A DNA stretch of 64,000 nucleotides from Candidatus Dojkabacteria bacterium UBA4813 (GTDB taxonomy: Bacteria; Patescibacteriota; Dojkabacteria; SC72): positions 20,408 through 84,407 of the forward strand of contig DHFX01000006.1 of NCBI GenBank assembly GCA_002402455.1. Direction: 5' to 3'. Positions 18,890-29,591 of the stretch are shown piece by piece. How positions within the stretch are numbered: position 1 is the stretch's first letter; every line of letters starts with the position of its first letter. Made by a program: the position numbers and the translations under genes. The notes under the pieces were generated by a model. It made no database searches, was not told where the DNA came from, and saw only the letters and a list, made by a program, of their open reading frames with translations.

Positions 18890-21800
18890 ATGGTAAAACC
18901 CAAGCGCAATAGATCCGGAAGAATAAATCTGGGATTAGGTTATTCCGGCGATGTAGAATTTCCTAATCTAATAGAAGCACAGAGAACTTCGTTTGCAGAT
19001 TTTCTGGAGAATGGGTTCCAAAGGTTGTTCTCTGAGATCAATCCCGTTAAGGATACGATGGAGAGAATGTGGACCTTGGAATTCAAAGATTTTAAATTTG
19101 GTGATCCCTACAGAAGTATAGATGAAGCAATTGCAAAGGGACTCTCTTACGAAGTCCCCGTTTATGCTAAAGTCCAGCTTCTTAATAATAAAACCGGAGA
19201 GATAAAGGAGCAGGAGATTTTCGTGACAGATATTCCAGTAATGACAGATGACGGAGTCTTTGTTTTCAATGGCGTAAGAAGAGTTGTGACTCATCAGATT
19301 GTTAGATCCGAGGGAGTATTATATGAGGTATCTAGTAAACTACCTCTTCGGACCCTATATAAAGTAAGACTTATGCCTGGAAGAGGTCCTTGGTACGAGA
19401 TTGATACAAACAAGCACAATGTTATCTCCATGAGGATTTTGCCTAAGAGGCCTAAGGTTTTGATAACAGAACTTTTAAGAGTTTTCGGATGGGAGAGTGA
19501 CGATGATATTAGGAAGTTATTCAGGGATGTGGATACAAACGAAGAGAACAAATATATAGAGGCTACCCTTGCTAGAGATTTTACTAACAATAAAGAAGAA
19601 GCAATCATTAGCATTTACAATAAGCTTAGACCGGACGAGTCTGTTACATTGGAGAGTGCTGAGAGGTATATAAAGAGCAACTTCTTTAATTCCAGAAAAT
19701 TTGACTTAGGAAGAATTGGCAGATACCAGTTGAACAGAAAACTTGGTACGGACTACGATATTAACGACCCTGATCAGGTAAGGCTTTACCCTTCTGATAT
19801 TACATTGATAGTAAGGAGATTGATCCAAATGAATAATGGGGAAGTTGAGCCCGACGATATTGACCATCTAAGTAATAGGAGAATTAGAAGTGTTGGAGAA
19901 ATTTTAGAAAGACAACTTAATAATGGAATAGGGAGACTTGAGAAAAATATCCGAGATAAAATGAGTTTGTATGGTCAAGATGCGAAGGTTACTCCTTCTA
20001 TGTTGGTGAGTACGAAGCCAATATCTGCTTCAATTCAGTCATTTTTTGGTTCTAACGCACTTTCTAGCTTCATGGATCAGACCAATATATTGTCCGAGAT
20101 GGAGAACAAGAGAAAGGTTACTGCAGGGGGGCCTGGAGGAATTGCAAAACAGAGAGCGACATTCTCAATTCGAGAGGTTCATAACTCTCACTATTCCAAA
20201 TTTGATCCGGTAACAAGTCCGGAGAGTTCAAATATTGGTGTTGTTGTCCAGCTTGCGATGTTAGCAAGGATTAATGAATTCGGATTTTTAGAGGCACCAT
20301 ATAGGAGGGTTGAAAACGAGGTTAATAATAATAAGGTAAATTTAATAAACAGAATACTTGGAGAGACTGTGAGAGATGGTAAAGAATTGGTTGCAAGAAA
20401 AGGCGAGAAAGTGGATGAAAAATTAGCAGAGAAGATAGCAAAGATAAAGGACCTAAAGAAAGTGAAGGTAAAACCATTCATAACTGATGATATAGAGTAT
20501 CTTGATGCAATGGACGAGGAGAAGCACTACATCTCTACAGCAACTATTACGACTGATGAGAACAACAATATTATGGATTCCTTGATTCCTGTTAGGCATG
20601 GGGGCGACTTCATGATTGAGGATGCGAACATTGTCAAGTTTGTAGATGTTTTAGCCGGCCAACAAGCTGGTCTTGGTATGGCCCTAATTCCTTTTGTTTC
20701 TCATAATGATGCTATGCGTGCTTTGACAGGATCAAACATGCAAAGGCAGGCTGTTCCTTTAGTGAAGCAGGAGGCTCCAATTATTGGAACAGGTATGGAG
20801 GAAGTTGTCGGAAGGCAATCTTCATGGGGTATCTTTGCAGAAGATAATGGGGAAGTTCTTTATGTAGATGCTAAAAAACTGTCTGTTAAATATAAAAAGG
20901 ACGGGTTAAAGGATTATAATCTTACAACTTTTTACAGAAGTAATGGTGACACAAGTTTTTCCCAAATTCCTGTGGTTAATGTTGGAGACAAATTTAAGAA
21001 AGGAGACGTGCTTGTAGATGGTCCTACAATGAGAAACGGGGAACTTGCAATAGGTACGAACCTTAAAGCAGCATTAATGTTCTATGAAGGGTATAACTAT
21101 GAGGACTCAGTCATTATTTCTGAAAGAATAGTTAGAAAAGATCTGTTGACTTCTATACACATTAGAGAATACACAGTATCTGTTAGAGATACGGAGTTAG
21201 GTCCTGAGGTAATAACCGCGGATATTCCCCATGTTAATGAAAGAATCCTCAGAAAACTAGATGACAGAGGAATAATAAGAAATGGTGTTAAAGTTAAGTC
21301 AGGAGATATTCTTGTGGGAGTTGTTGCCCCTCGTGGAGAGAAAGAACTCACTGCAGAAGAGAGACTTCTTAGGGCAATCTTTGGAGAGTCTGCTAGTGAT
21401 GTAAGAGACAACTCTCTAAGAATTCCTCATGGAGAGGAAGGAATAGTTATTAGGAGTCAGGTATTGTCTGTAGAGAAGGGAGACAAACTGAGACCGGGAG
21501 TCCTGCATGAGGTAAGAGTATGGGTTGCAAATACAAAGAAAATTGACTTCGGAGATAAAATTGCGGGAAGACATGGAGACAAAAATACTGTTGCGGCAAT
21601 TAGGCCTGTAGAAGATATGCCATTTGCCGAAGATGGAGAACCGGTAGATATTGTTTTGACTCCAACATTCTTAAAGAGAATGAATATGGGGCAGGCAGAA
21701 GAGGTTCATTTCGGTAAATATGCGAAGATATTAAATGAAAAATTGGCATTTCCGATCTTTGAGGGAGAAAATTTGAAATGGTTGAAGGAAGAACTGGGCA

Positions 21801-22267
21801 AGGTAGGTGCGGATATGTCTGAAAAAGAAGATCTTTACGATGGAAGAACTGGAAATAAGTTCCCAAGAAAGATTACTGTTGGAACAAAGTATGTTCTTAA
21901 GTTACATCATATAGCCGACGAGAAAGTGCATGCCAGATCTACCGGACCATACACCGCCGTATCTCAACAGCCCCTTGGTGGAAAAGCACAAATGGGAGGT
22001 CAGAGATTTGGGGAGATGGAAGTCTGGGCATTAGAGGCACATGCTGCCCCTTATGCTCTTCAAGAAATGTTGACCATAAAGTCGGATGACATTAAGGGTA
22101 GATCAGCTGCATATAAGGCAATAATACAGGGAGATAAAATAGAAAACGTAAATATCCCTGAATCGTTTAAAGTTCTGGTAAAGGAGTTAAATGCTCTTTG
22201 CCTGAATTTGGATTTAATTTCAACTCAGCCAATCCAAGAGGAGGTTAAAGAAGATGGAGAAAAATAA
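18890..22267 (+). CDS. rpoB: RNA polymerase beta subunit
   Basis: DDIDHLSNRR, NMQRQAVP, GDKIAGRHG, GGQRFGEMEVWALEA. Confidence 0.98.
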   Translation: MVKPKRNRSGRINLGLGYSGDVEFPNLIEAQRTSFADFLENGFQRLFSEINPVKDTMERMWTLEFKDFKFGDPYRSIDEAIAKGLSYEVPVYAKVQLLNNKTGEIKEQEIFVTDIPVMTDDGVFVFNGVRRVVTHQIVRSEGVLYEVSSKLPLRTLYKVRLMPGRGPWYEIDTNKHNVISMRILPKRPKVLITELLRVFGWESDDDIRKLFRDVDTNEENKYIEATLARDFTNNKEEAIISIYNKLRPDESVTLESAERYIKSNFFNSRKFDLGRIGRYQLNRKLGTDYDINDPDQVRLYPSDITLIVRRLIQMNNGEVEPDDIDHLSNRRIRSVGEILERQLNNGIGRLEKNIRDKMSLYGQDAKVTPSMLVSTKPISASIQSFFGSNALSSFMDQTNILSEMENKRKVTAGGPGGIAKQRATFSIREVHNSHYSKFDPVTSPESSNIGVVVQLAMLARINEFGFLEAPYRRVENEVNNNKVNLINRILGETVRDGKELVARKGEKVDEKLAEKIAKIKDLKKVKVKPFITDDIEYLDAMDEEKHYISTATITTDENNNIMDSLIPVRHGGDFMIEDANIVKFVDVLAGQQAGLGMALIPFVSHNDAMRALTGSNMQRQAVPLVKQEAPIIGTGMEEVVGRQSSWGIFAEDNGEVLYVDAKKLSVKYKKDGLKDYNLTTFYRSNGDTSFSQIPVVNVGDKFKKGDVLVDGPTMRNGELAIGTNLKAALMFYEGYNYEDSVIISERIVRKDLLTSIHIREYTVSVRDTELGPEVITADIPHVNERILRKLDDRGIIRNGVKVKSGDILVGVVAPRGEKELTAEERLLRAIFGESASDVRDNSLRIPHGEEGIVIRSQVLSVEKGDKLRPGVLHEVRVWVANTKKIDFGDKIAGRHGDKNTVAAIRPVEDMPFAEDGEPVDIVLTPTFLKRMNMGQAEEVHFGKYAKILNEKLAFPIFEGENLKWLKEELGKVGADMSEKEDLYDGRTGNKFPRKITVGTKYVLKLHHIADEKVHARSTGPYTAVSQQPLGGKAQMGGQRFGEMEVWALEAHAAPYALQEMLTIKSDDIKGRSAAYKAIIQGDKIENVNIPESFKVLVKELNALCLNLDLISTQPIQEEVKEDGEK

Positions 22268-25200
22268 AAACGGTTTTGAAAATTTTGATGTCCTGCAATT
22301 AACTCTTGCATCTCCAGACCAGATCTTAGAATGGTCTTATGGAGAGGTGACAAAGGCAGAGACTATTAACTATAGAACATTCAGGTCTGAACCAGACGGA
22401 TTATTCTGTGAAAAAATCTTTGGTCCAACAAAGAACTATGAATGTTACTGTGGTAAATATAAAAAGATTAGATACAAGGGAATAGTTTGTGACAAATGTG
22501 GAGTAGAGGTTACAACAAAGGATGTCAGAAGGGAGAGGATGGGACATATAAACCTTGTTGTTCCCGTTTCTCATGTTTGGTTTGCATATGGAATTCCTAA
22601 CAAAATGTCCATTGTTTTAGACATTCCTCACAAAAAGCTTCTTTCTGTTATCTACTACACCAGATACATGGTTATAGAAATAGAGAAAAAGAAGAGGTTG
22701 GAAATGATTGAGAAAGCAGAGACTCTTAAGGAAGAGGAAATTACAGCATTAGAAGAAGAACTCAAGGAAGAGCTTAAGCTTACGGAAGCGGAATATAACG
22801 AACAGCTTAAAGAAATTAAGAAATCTAAAGATAAGGGAAAAGATTTTAAAATTAGCCAAGTTGAGCACAAGAGGAACCAGGCTCTTGCTAAGGTAAGAAG
22901 AGAATTCGCAGAAAAAGAGGAGGAGATAGATTCTTTCTATGAGAGAATTAACCAAATAATTAGAAGAGTTAAGGTAGGAAGTGTTATTTCAGAAGATGAA
23001 TATTCCGATCTTATGGAGAGAGACTTAGTCTTCTTTGAAGCAATGATGGGTGCAGAAGCAATCAAGAAGCTTTTAGAGAAATTGGATTTAGATAAAGAAA
23101 TAAGGAAATTAAGGATAAAGGCGGACAAAGAAAGGGGGGAGAAAAGAGCTAAAGCAACAAGAAGAATACAATACTTGGAAGGTTTTAAAAATAATGAAAT
23201 TAGTCCTACATGGATGGTTTTAGATATACTGCCAGTTTTGCCACCAGAGTTAAGGCCAATTATTCCTCTATCTGGAGGGAAGTTTGCAACAGCAGATCTA
23301 AACGATCTTTATAGAAGGGTTATTAACAGAAATAATAGACTCTCCAAATTAATAGAAATAGGTGCACCAGAGGTTATCTTGAGAAATGAAAAGAGAATGT
23401 TACAGGAATCTGTGGATGCTCTAATCGATAACTCTCATAGGCCCTCCAAGCCAATGATGAATGGTAAGAGATTACCTTACCAGTCATTAACAGATGACCT
23501 AAGAGGAAAGAAGGGGATCTTTAGAAAGAATCTTCTTGGAAAGAGAGTAGACTATTCAGGGAGAGCTGTTATTGATGGTGACCCAAGTTTGAGATTTGAT
23601 CAGTGTGGTCTGCCAAAATCTATCGCTTTAGAGATGTTTAAACCTTTTGTAATATTCCAACTTTTGGATCAAGAACTTGCTCCGAATGTAAGAGTTGCAA
23701 AGGAAATGGTTGAAGAGGAGTCAGATGTTATCTGGGATATTCTAGAAAAGGTTATCAAGAATAGACCGGTACTATTGAATAGAGCTCCAACTTTGCATAA
23801 ATATAGCATACAGGCGTTCTATCCCAAGTTAGTAGAGGGTGAGGCAATTAGAATTCATCCATTGGTATGTAAAGCATTTAATGCGGACTTTGACGGAGAC
23901 CAGATGGCTGTACATATTCTTCTGACAGAAGAGGCTGAAGAAGAGGCAAAGAGGGAGATGATGTCTTCGAAGAATATCGTAAATATTTCTAATGGTCAGG
24001 TTTTAGCAACTCCTGCAAAAGATATGGTCATTGGTTTCTTCCTTATGACAGACCTTAAGAAAGTAGAGAAACCGAAGCTTTTCCCAAACGAAAATACAGT
24101 AATTAGGGCATATGAGGGGGGAGAGATAAGCATCTGGGAAGAAATAATTGTAAAAGTTAAAGGTCAGACATATCACACATCTCCGGGAAGGGTTATATTC
24201 AACAGTATTCTTCCTCCAAAATATCCTTTCATCAATGAGCAGATAAATATAAAAACTGTTAATAATATAATTACTGATATTAAGAAAGACAATCCACTAG
24301 AAGTAGTTGTCCAAATCTTAGATGACCTCAAGCTATTAGGGTTTAAATATGCTACAGATTTAGGGTTCTCATTTGCAATGGGAGATTCTGAAGTAGACTT
24401 TGATTTTGATAGTGAAATAAAGAAGATGGAGGAGAAGGACGAGCAATTGCAAGAGAACTACTCGCAGGGATTGATGACTAAAGAAGAAAAAATTAACATT
24501 TCCACTAATATGTGGGATGACTTTGCTGGTGAATTAGCGGACAAAGCTTGGGAAAAGCTGGACAAAGATAATCCTATTTACCAAATGGTTGAATCTGGGG
24601 GAAATGGGGGTAAAATCCAAGCAAGGCAAGTCCTTACAATTAAAGGTGTTGTAAGAGATTCTAGAGGAAACTGGGTCCCGATGCCAATCAAGAGCAACTA
24701 TAGAAATGGTTTGAGTGCCTTAGAGTACTTTGTAGCAGCAAATGGGGGAAGAAAAGGTATTGCCGACAGATCTCTTAAGACTTCCTCTTCTGGTTATTTA
24801 ACCAGAAAATTAGTAGATGTTGCTCATGATGTAATCATAAGGTCAGACGACTGTGGTTACGAAGGAGAGGGATTTGTTATGAGGAAGAGTGATAATAGGA
24901 GAGAAGATTATGGAGATAGAATATATGGAAGAGTTTTAGCTCAGGATGTAAAGAAAGGAAATAAGGTTATTGTTAAGAAAAATGAAACGATTACAAAGAA
25001 AATTGCTGATGAAATTGTTGCCGAGGGAATTGAAGAGATTTATGTAAGAAGCCCAATCCTTTGTGAAGCACCCCTTGGGATTTGTAAGAAATGTTATGGA
25101 TTGAACTTGGAGAATGATCAGGAAATCGAAATGGGAAAGGCTGTTGGGGTTATTGCTGCACAGTCTATTGGAGAGCCTGGGACACAGATGACCATGCAGA

Positions 25201-26135
25201 CCTTTCATAAAGGAGGAGTTGCAAAAGTTGATATAACTCAGGGTCTTCCTAGAATTGAAGAGCTTTTTGAAGCAAGGACACCCAAAGCTGAAGGAGAGAT
25301 AGCCTCAATAGACGGAAAGGCAAACATAGAAGTTGCTGAAGATGAGTCTGCTGTAATTACAATCGTTGGACAGAAGAAGATGACAAGATATTATGTTGTG
25401 GATAAGGCAAAGAAAGTCCTTGTAGAAGATGGTCAAGATGTCAAATCAGGGCAGATAATGTATATAGATATGGAAGAGATAGAGAGACAAGCTGCTTTTG
25501 ACGGAACTGTATCTTTAGAAGGAGGAATTCTCATAGTTAAAGGAAAAGTTAAAGCAGAAGAAACGATCTCTGTTCTTCCGGGAATTGAAATTTTAATAAA
25601 GAATGGGCAAGAAGTTAAAGCAGGAGACCAATTAACAGAAGGTTCTATAGACCCCAAGAAATTGGCGGAAGTTGCAGGTATGGTTCCTGCTCAGAAATAT
25701 ATCCTGGATAGCGTTCAGAAAGTATTTAACGAGCAAGGAGTGACAATAGACGACTTACACTTGGAGATTATCTTAAGACAGATGGCTAGGTTAGGAAAGG
25801 TGTATGGTTCTGGAGACTCTGACTACTTGGTCGGATCTTTGGTAAACAGATTCCTTGCAGAGGCTAAGAATGAACTCCTTTTGGAAGAAGTAAAGAACAA
25901 GGCCTTGATTATCCCTAAGATCCTTGGTATAAAGACATCAGCTTTGTACACAGAGAGTTTCCTTTCCGCTATATCGTTCCAGGAACAGGTAAGAGTACTT
26001 ACAAGTACCGCTATCCTTGGGAGGAAAGATTATCTCAGAGGTATGAAAGAGAATGTAATTATTGGGAGACCTATTCCGGTTGGTGAAAAAGCCAGAATAG
26101 AAGATATAAGAAAGATTCCGGAGCTTAATTTTTAG
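22254..26135 (+). CDS. rpoC: RNA polymerase beta' subunit
   Basis: Zn finger, GKRVDYSGR, NADFDGD, SIGEPGTQ. Confidence 0.98.
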   Translation: MEKNKNGFENFDVLQLTLASPDQILEWSYGEVTKAETINYRTFRSEPDGLFCEKIFGPTKNYECYCGKYKKIRYKGIVCDKCGVEVTTKDVRRERMGHINLVVPVSHVWFAYGIPNKMSIVLDIPHKKLLSVIYYTRYMVIEIEKKKRLEMIEKAETLKEEEITALEEELKEELKLTEAEYNEQLKEIKKSKDKGKDFKISQVEHKRNQALAKVRREFAEKEEEIDSFYERINQIIRRVKVGSVISEDEYSDLMERDLVFFEAMMGAEAIKKLLEKLDLDKEIRKLRIKADKERGEKRAKATRRIQYLEGFKNNEISPTWMVLDILPVLPPELRPIIPLSGGKFATADLNDLYRRVINRNNRLSKLIEIGAPEVILRNEKRMLQESVDALIDNSHRPSKPMMNGKRLPYQSLTDDLRGKKGIFRKNLLGKRVDYSGRAVIDGDPSLRFDQCGLPKSIALEMFKPFVIFQLLDQELAPNVRVAKEMVEEESDVIWDILEKVIKNRPVLLNRAPTLHKYSIQAFYPKLVEGEAIRIHPLVCKAFNADFDGDQMAVHILLTEEAEEEAKREMMSSKNIVNISNGQVLATPAKDMVIGFFLMTDLKKVEKPKLFPNENTVIRAYEGGEISIWEEIIVKVKGQTYHTSPGRVIFNSILPPKYPFINEQINIKTVNNIITDIKKDNPLEVVVQILDDLKLLGFKYATDLGFSFAMGDSEVDFDFDSEIKKMEEKDEQLQENYSQGLMTKEEKINISTNMWDDFAGELADKAWEKLDKDNPIYQMVESGGNGGKIQARQVLTIKGVVRDSRGNWVPMPIKSNYRNGLSALEYFVAANGGRKGIADRSLKTSSSGYLTRKLVDVAHDVIIRSDDCGYEGEGFVMRKSDNRREDYGDRIYGRVLAQDVKKGNKVIVKKNETITKKIADEIVAEGIEEIYVRSPILCEAPLGICKKCYGLNLENDQEIEMGKAVGVIAAQSIGEPGTQMTMQTFHKGGVAKVDITQGLPRIEELFEARTPKAEGEIASIDGKANIEVAEDESAVITIVGQKKMTRYYVVDKAKKVLVEDGQDVKSGQIMYIDMEEIERQAAFDGTVSLEGGILIVKGKVKAEETISVLPGIEILIKNGQEVKAGDQLTEGSIDPKKLAEVAGMVPAQKYILDSVQKVFNEQGVTIDDLHLEIILRQMARLGKVYGSGDSDYLVGSLVNRFLAEAKNELLLEEVKNKALIIPKILGIKTSALYTESFLSAISFQEQVRVLTSTAILGRKDYLRGMKENVIIGRPIPVGEKARIEDIRKIPELNF

Positions 26136-26161
26136 ACTGTTTTAATATATAATACGACGTT

Positions 26162-26581
26162 ATGCCAACGATAAATCAATTAATTAGAAAACCTAGGAAA
26201 TCCAAATCTAAAAAAGCGAAACATATACAGCTTGCTAGGGATTTCAATCCTCTAAAAAATAGATATAAGAAAGTACCGAATCCTTTTAAGAGGGGAGTAT
26301 GTCTTCAGGTTAAGACAATGACACCTAAGAAACCTAACTCAGCCTTGAGAAAAGTTGCTAGGGTAAGACTCTCTAATGGGATGGAGGTTACAGCATACAT
26401 CCCTGGTGAGGGGCACAACCTACAGGAGCACTCTGTTGTTCTTGTCAAGGCAGGGAGGAAGAGAGACCTTCCTGGAGTTAAATATATCGTTGTAAGAGGA
26501 AAGTATGATACTGCTGGTGTAAAGGGTAGAAGAAAGGCTAGATCTAAGTATGGTGTTAAGATTGAGGATATAGAGGAATAA
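26162..26581 (+). CDS. rpsL: 30S ribosomal protein S12
   Basis: [24 protein letters not shown]. Confidence 0.98.
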   Translation: MPTINQLIRKPRKSKSKKAKHIQLARDFNPLKNRYKKVPNPFKRGVCLQVKTMTPKKPNSALRKVARVRLSNGMEVTAYIPGEGHNLQEHSVVLVKAGRKRDLPGVKYIVVRGKYDTAGVKGRRKARSKYGVKIEDIEE

Positions 26582-26605
26582 GGTTTTTAGTTTAAAGAAA
26601 TTACT

Positions 26606-27076
26606 ATGAGAGGAAAAAGAGCAAAGAAAAGAGAACAAAAGAAGGATAGAAAATACAAAAATGGGATAATTGGGAGACTCATAAATAAGGTTATGCAAGG
26701 TGGGAAGAAGTCTCTTGCCGAGAGAATGGTTTATACGGCTTTGGAAAAAGGAGCAGAGCAGGTTAAAGAAAAGGACGTTATTACATTTATTGAAAGAGCT
26801 GTAGATAATGTAAGGCCAGCTCTGGAGATTAAGGCTAGGAGAGTGGGAGGTGCTAATTACCAGGTTCCTGTTCCGGTAACACCTAGAAGGCAAGAAGCTT
26901 TGGCAATTAGGTGGATTGTAGATGCTGCCAGGAATAAATCAGGGAAGTCATTTGAAGATATTCTAATGAATGAATTAATATCTGCCCACAATGGAGAAGG
27001 AGATGCAGTTAAGAAGAAGTTAGATACTGAAAGAATGGCAGAAGCTAATAAGGCCTTTGCACACTTTAGGTGGTAA
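26606..27076 (+). CDS. rpsG: 30S ribosomal protein S7
   Basis: RRVGGANYQVP, MAEANKAFAHFRW. Confidence 0.98.
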   Translation: MRGKRAKKREQKKDRKYKNGIIGRLINKVMQGGKKSLAERMVYTALEKGAEQVKEKDVITFIERAVDNVRPALEIKARRVGGANYQVPVPVTPRRQEALAIRWIVDAARNKSGKSFEDILMNELISAHNGEGDAVKKKLDTERMAEANKAFAHFRW

Positions 27077-27082
27077 TCCCTG

Positions 27083-28024
27083 TTATTTTGTACTCTCTAT
27101 CCTCTCCCACCCTCCTTCAGGCATTCCCTTCTTGAGAATATCCATCTCCCAAAATATTTTAATCCAAGTAATCAACCTAACAGGGAATAACAATATGGAC
27201 CAGAAAAATTCTTTAATATTAGATGCATACCTAAGAACAAAAAATGTATATGGTAATTCAATTAAAAAACTCCTACTCTGTTTATCTCTTTGAAAGACAC
27301 CCATCCTCTTTAATTGCTTAAATCCCCCAAGAGATCTAACCTTCTGTTTGTAATAATCTGTTAAATTTGTCGGGTATTTAACGTAACATACTGCTTTTGG
27401 AGCATAAGCAATATCTAAATTCATATTTCTTAGAGAATAGGAAATATATGCATCGTCGGATAAAACATCTTCAGGAATGTCAAAATCAATATTCCTTATA
27501 GCCATAATATACCCACTCATTGGGAAAAAGGAATCTTTTCCTACATAATAATCTTCACCCTCAACTTTCTTCATAGTTTTTTTTCTTCTATGATCTGCAG
27601 AATCTGACAAAAGATGTCCCCAGTATCCAAAACAATTATCCTTTTTATCTTGTGATTTAGGCCTACCACTCACACCTCCCACAGTTTCTTCTTTAAATGG
27701 TTTAAGAAGTTTTCTAACAGCATCTTTTTCAAAATACACATCACCATCTGTGAGAATTATGATATCTCCTTTGACTTTCTTAAGAGCCATCTTAAGAGCA
27801 AAAGGTTTTCCCTTCTTAGGATCTCTTACTTGTATATATTGATTCTTGTTTAGACCAAGTTTATTGGCCTCTTTCTTCCCTTGTTTAAGAGTTAGTTCAT
27901 CGGGAGATACTTGTATGATTTCAAATGGGGTAGATATTCCGGAATATTTTCTATCTGCGATTGAGGAAATACATTTCCTAATTGTTTGAGGTTCTTTAAA
28001 AGATGTTATGATAACCGATATCAT
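27083..28024 (-). CDS. Glycosyltransferase family 2
   Basis: ISVIITSFKE, LTDGD (DxD), SDDAY, QKVR, C-terminal hydrophobic segments. ATG at 28024, 5 nt after TATAAT. Confidence 0.85.
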   Translation of the reverse strand: MISVIITSFKEPQTIRKCISSIADRKYSGISTPFEIIQVSPDELTLKQGKKEANKLGLNKNQYIQVRDPKKGKPFALKMALKKVKGDIIILTDGDVYFEKDAVRKLLKPFKEETVGGVSGRPKSQDKKDNCFGYWGHLLSDSADHRRKKTMKKVEGEDYYVGKDSFFPMSGYIMAIRNIDFDIPEDVLSDDAYISYSLRNMNLDIAYAPKAVCYVKYPTNLTDYYKQKVRSLGGFKQLKRMGVFQRDKQSRSFLIELPYTFFVLRYASNIKEFFWSILLFPVRLITWIKIFWEMDILKKGMPEGGWERIESTK

Positions 28025-28062
28025 AAGCAATTATATAAACAATGACATAACTTTGAAAGAGA

Positions 28063-28734
28063 TTACTTTTCTTTTGCTTCTACTTCTTCTTCTCCCTCCT
28101 TAATTTCTTCACCTTCGACCCCTTCTCCTTCTTCACCCTCCTCTTCCTTTTCTGCTTCAGCTTCTTCAACAACAAGCTCTTCTTGTAGTTCAGTAATTGT
28201 AACTACTGTAGCTTTTGCAAGATCTTCATTAATCAATTTAAGAGATTTTGGAAACTCTAATTCATCCAAGGAGATTGATTGACCCGGGTGCTCTAGTTTT
28301 GTTACATCTATTTCAATAAATGGAACCAGATCCGAAAGCTTTCCTCTAACATCTATAGAAGGAAGAACCTCAACTAAGATACCGAGGTTATTCTTAACAG
28401 CAGGTGCAACACCAACAATCTTGAATGGAATGGTAAATGTTATCTCCTGTTTCTCGTCTATTTCAAAGAAAGCAATGTGTCTAACCCTTTCAGAGAGGGG
28501 ATTTACATCTATTTCCTTCACAATTACCTTCATGTCTTTCCCTTCATACTCTGCATCTAAGACGGTAGCCGAAGTAACTTCTGACACAATTTTACTAGCA
28601 AGGGATTCTGTAATTTTTATGTTTGTGGAATCTCCTTTGGAATTATAAACGACTGCAGGGATATACCCCTCGTCGAAGAGCCTCTTACTCTTTTTGCCGA
28701 TGATCTCTCTTTTTTCAAATGTAACTTTCTCCAT
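28063..28734 (-). CDS. rplY: 50S ribosomal protein L25/CTC
   Basis: GYIPAVVY, RHIAF, C-terminal CTC domain, acidic tail. ATG 28734 lies 10 nt after TGCTATACT. Confidence 0.9.
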   Translation of the reverse strand: MEKVTFEKREIIGKKSKRLFDEGYIPAVVYNSKGDSTNIKITESLASKIVSEVTSATVLDAEYEGKDMKVIVKEIDVNPLSERVRHIAFFEIDEKQEITFTIPFKIVGVAPAVKNNLGILVEVLPSIDVRGKLSDLVPFIEIDVTKLEHPGQSISLDELEFPKSLKLINEDLAKATVVTITELQEELVVEEAEAEKEEEGEEGEGVEGEEIKEGEEEVEAKEK

Positions 28735-28787
28735 AACGACTAGGAGTATAGCAGAAAAGAATATAGGGAGCAACAGTTTTTACAATA

Positions 28788-28816
28788 TTGACAGTAAGCC
28801 AGTGATACATTATACT
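28788..28816 (+). promoter_or_regulatory. Sigma70 promoter of hrcA-grpE-dnaK
   Basis: TTGACA-N17-TATACT. Confidence 0.85.
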
Positions 28817-28843
28817 TTAGCAGTTAATTTACTCATTTGCTAA
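28817..28843 (+). promoter_or_regulatory. CIRCE-like HrcA operator
   Basis: TTAGCA-N15-TGCTAA (27 bp, CIRCE geometry) between the -10 and the hrcA ATG. Confidence 0.85.
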
Positions 28844-28844
28844 T

Positions 28845-29570
28845 ATGGAGTTGACGGAAAGGCAGAAGGCGATACTAATGGCAGTAATAAATGAGTTCAT
28901 GGAAGAAGCTTCTGAAGTAGGATCTTTAGCTCTTTTAGAAAAATATAATCTTGGTGTAAGTTCAGCTACTGTTAGGAACGAAATGGTTAAACTTATGAGA
29001 TTAGGACTTTTAGAAAAAAGTCACATTTCCTCTGGACGATTACCAACGGATCAGGCATTGAGGCTTTATGTCACAAAATTCTTAGATAGAAACAGCCTCA
29101 ACCCTCTTATTACGGTAGAAATAAGGCAAGGGATTTTTAGAGAGAGATTCTCTAAAGATTCTGTTACAAAAGCTATATTAGGGATTTTAGCTAAGGAAAC
29201 TGAATCGTTAGTGTTTTTGATTTTAGATAACGATATCAGGGGGTATGGTTATTCCAATCTCCTTAAGTATGAGGAGTTTAAGGATATTGAAGCGATAAAG
29301 ACAATATTTAACATCTTGGAGGATGATATATTCTTACCGAACTTGGTAGAGAAATATGCAAGTTCCGAGGTTTCTCTATTAATAGGAGAGGAAACAGGGA
29401 TAGAAGGTCTGGAAAACTGTGCGTTAGCCTTTACAAGGATCCCTTTCTGGGAGAAGGAAAATTCCTATGTAGGAGTAATTGGATCCAAGAGAATGGAGTA
29501 TGCAAAAGTTATTCAATCTCTAAAGGAGGTAAAGAACGCTTTAGAAAATTCCATGTCAGGATGGAGATAA
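28845..29570 (+). CDS. hrcA: Heat-inducible transcription repressor (shortened)
   Basis: LTERQKAIL, SSATVRNEM, HISSGRLPT, GVIGSKRMEY. Confidence 0.92.
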   Translation: MELTERQKAILMAVINEFMEEASEVGSLALLEKYNLGVSSATVRNEMVKLMRLGLLEKSHISSGRLPTDQALRLYVTKFLDRNSLNPLITVEIRQGIFRERFSKDSVTKAILGILAKETESLVFLILDNDIRGYGYSNLLKYEEFKDIEAIKTIFNILEDDIFLPNLVEKYASSEVSLLIGEETGIEGLENCALAFTRIPFWEKENSYVGVIGSKRMEYAKVIQSLKEVKNALENSMSGWR

Positions 29571-29591
29571 AATAAATAACGGAAAATTTCA

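Noticed and set aside
18652-18909. 85-aa minus-strand ORF in the ftsK-rpoB gap
   Set aside because: No recognisable motif; it overlaps the rpoB start, promoters and leader hairpin.
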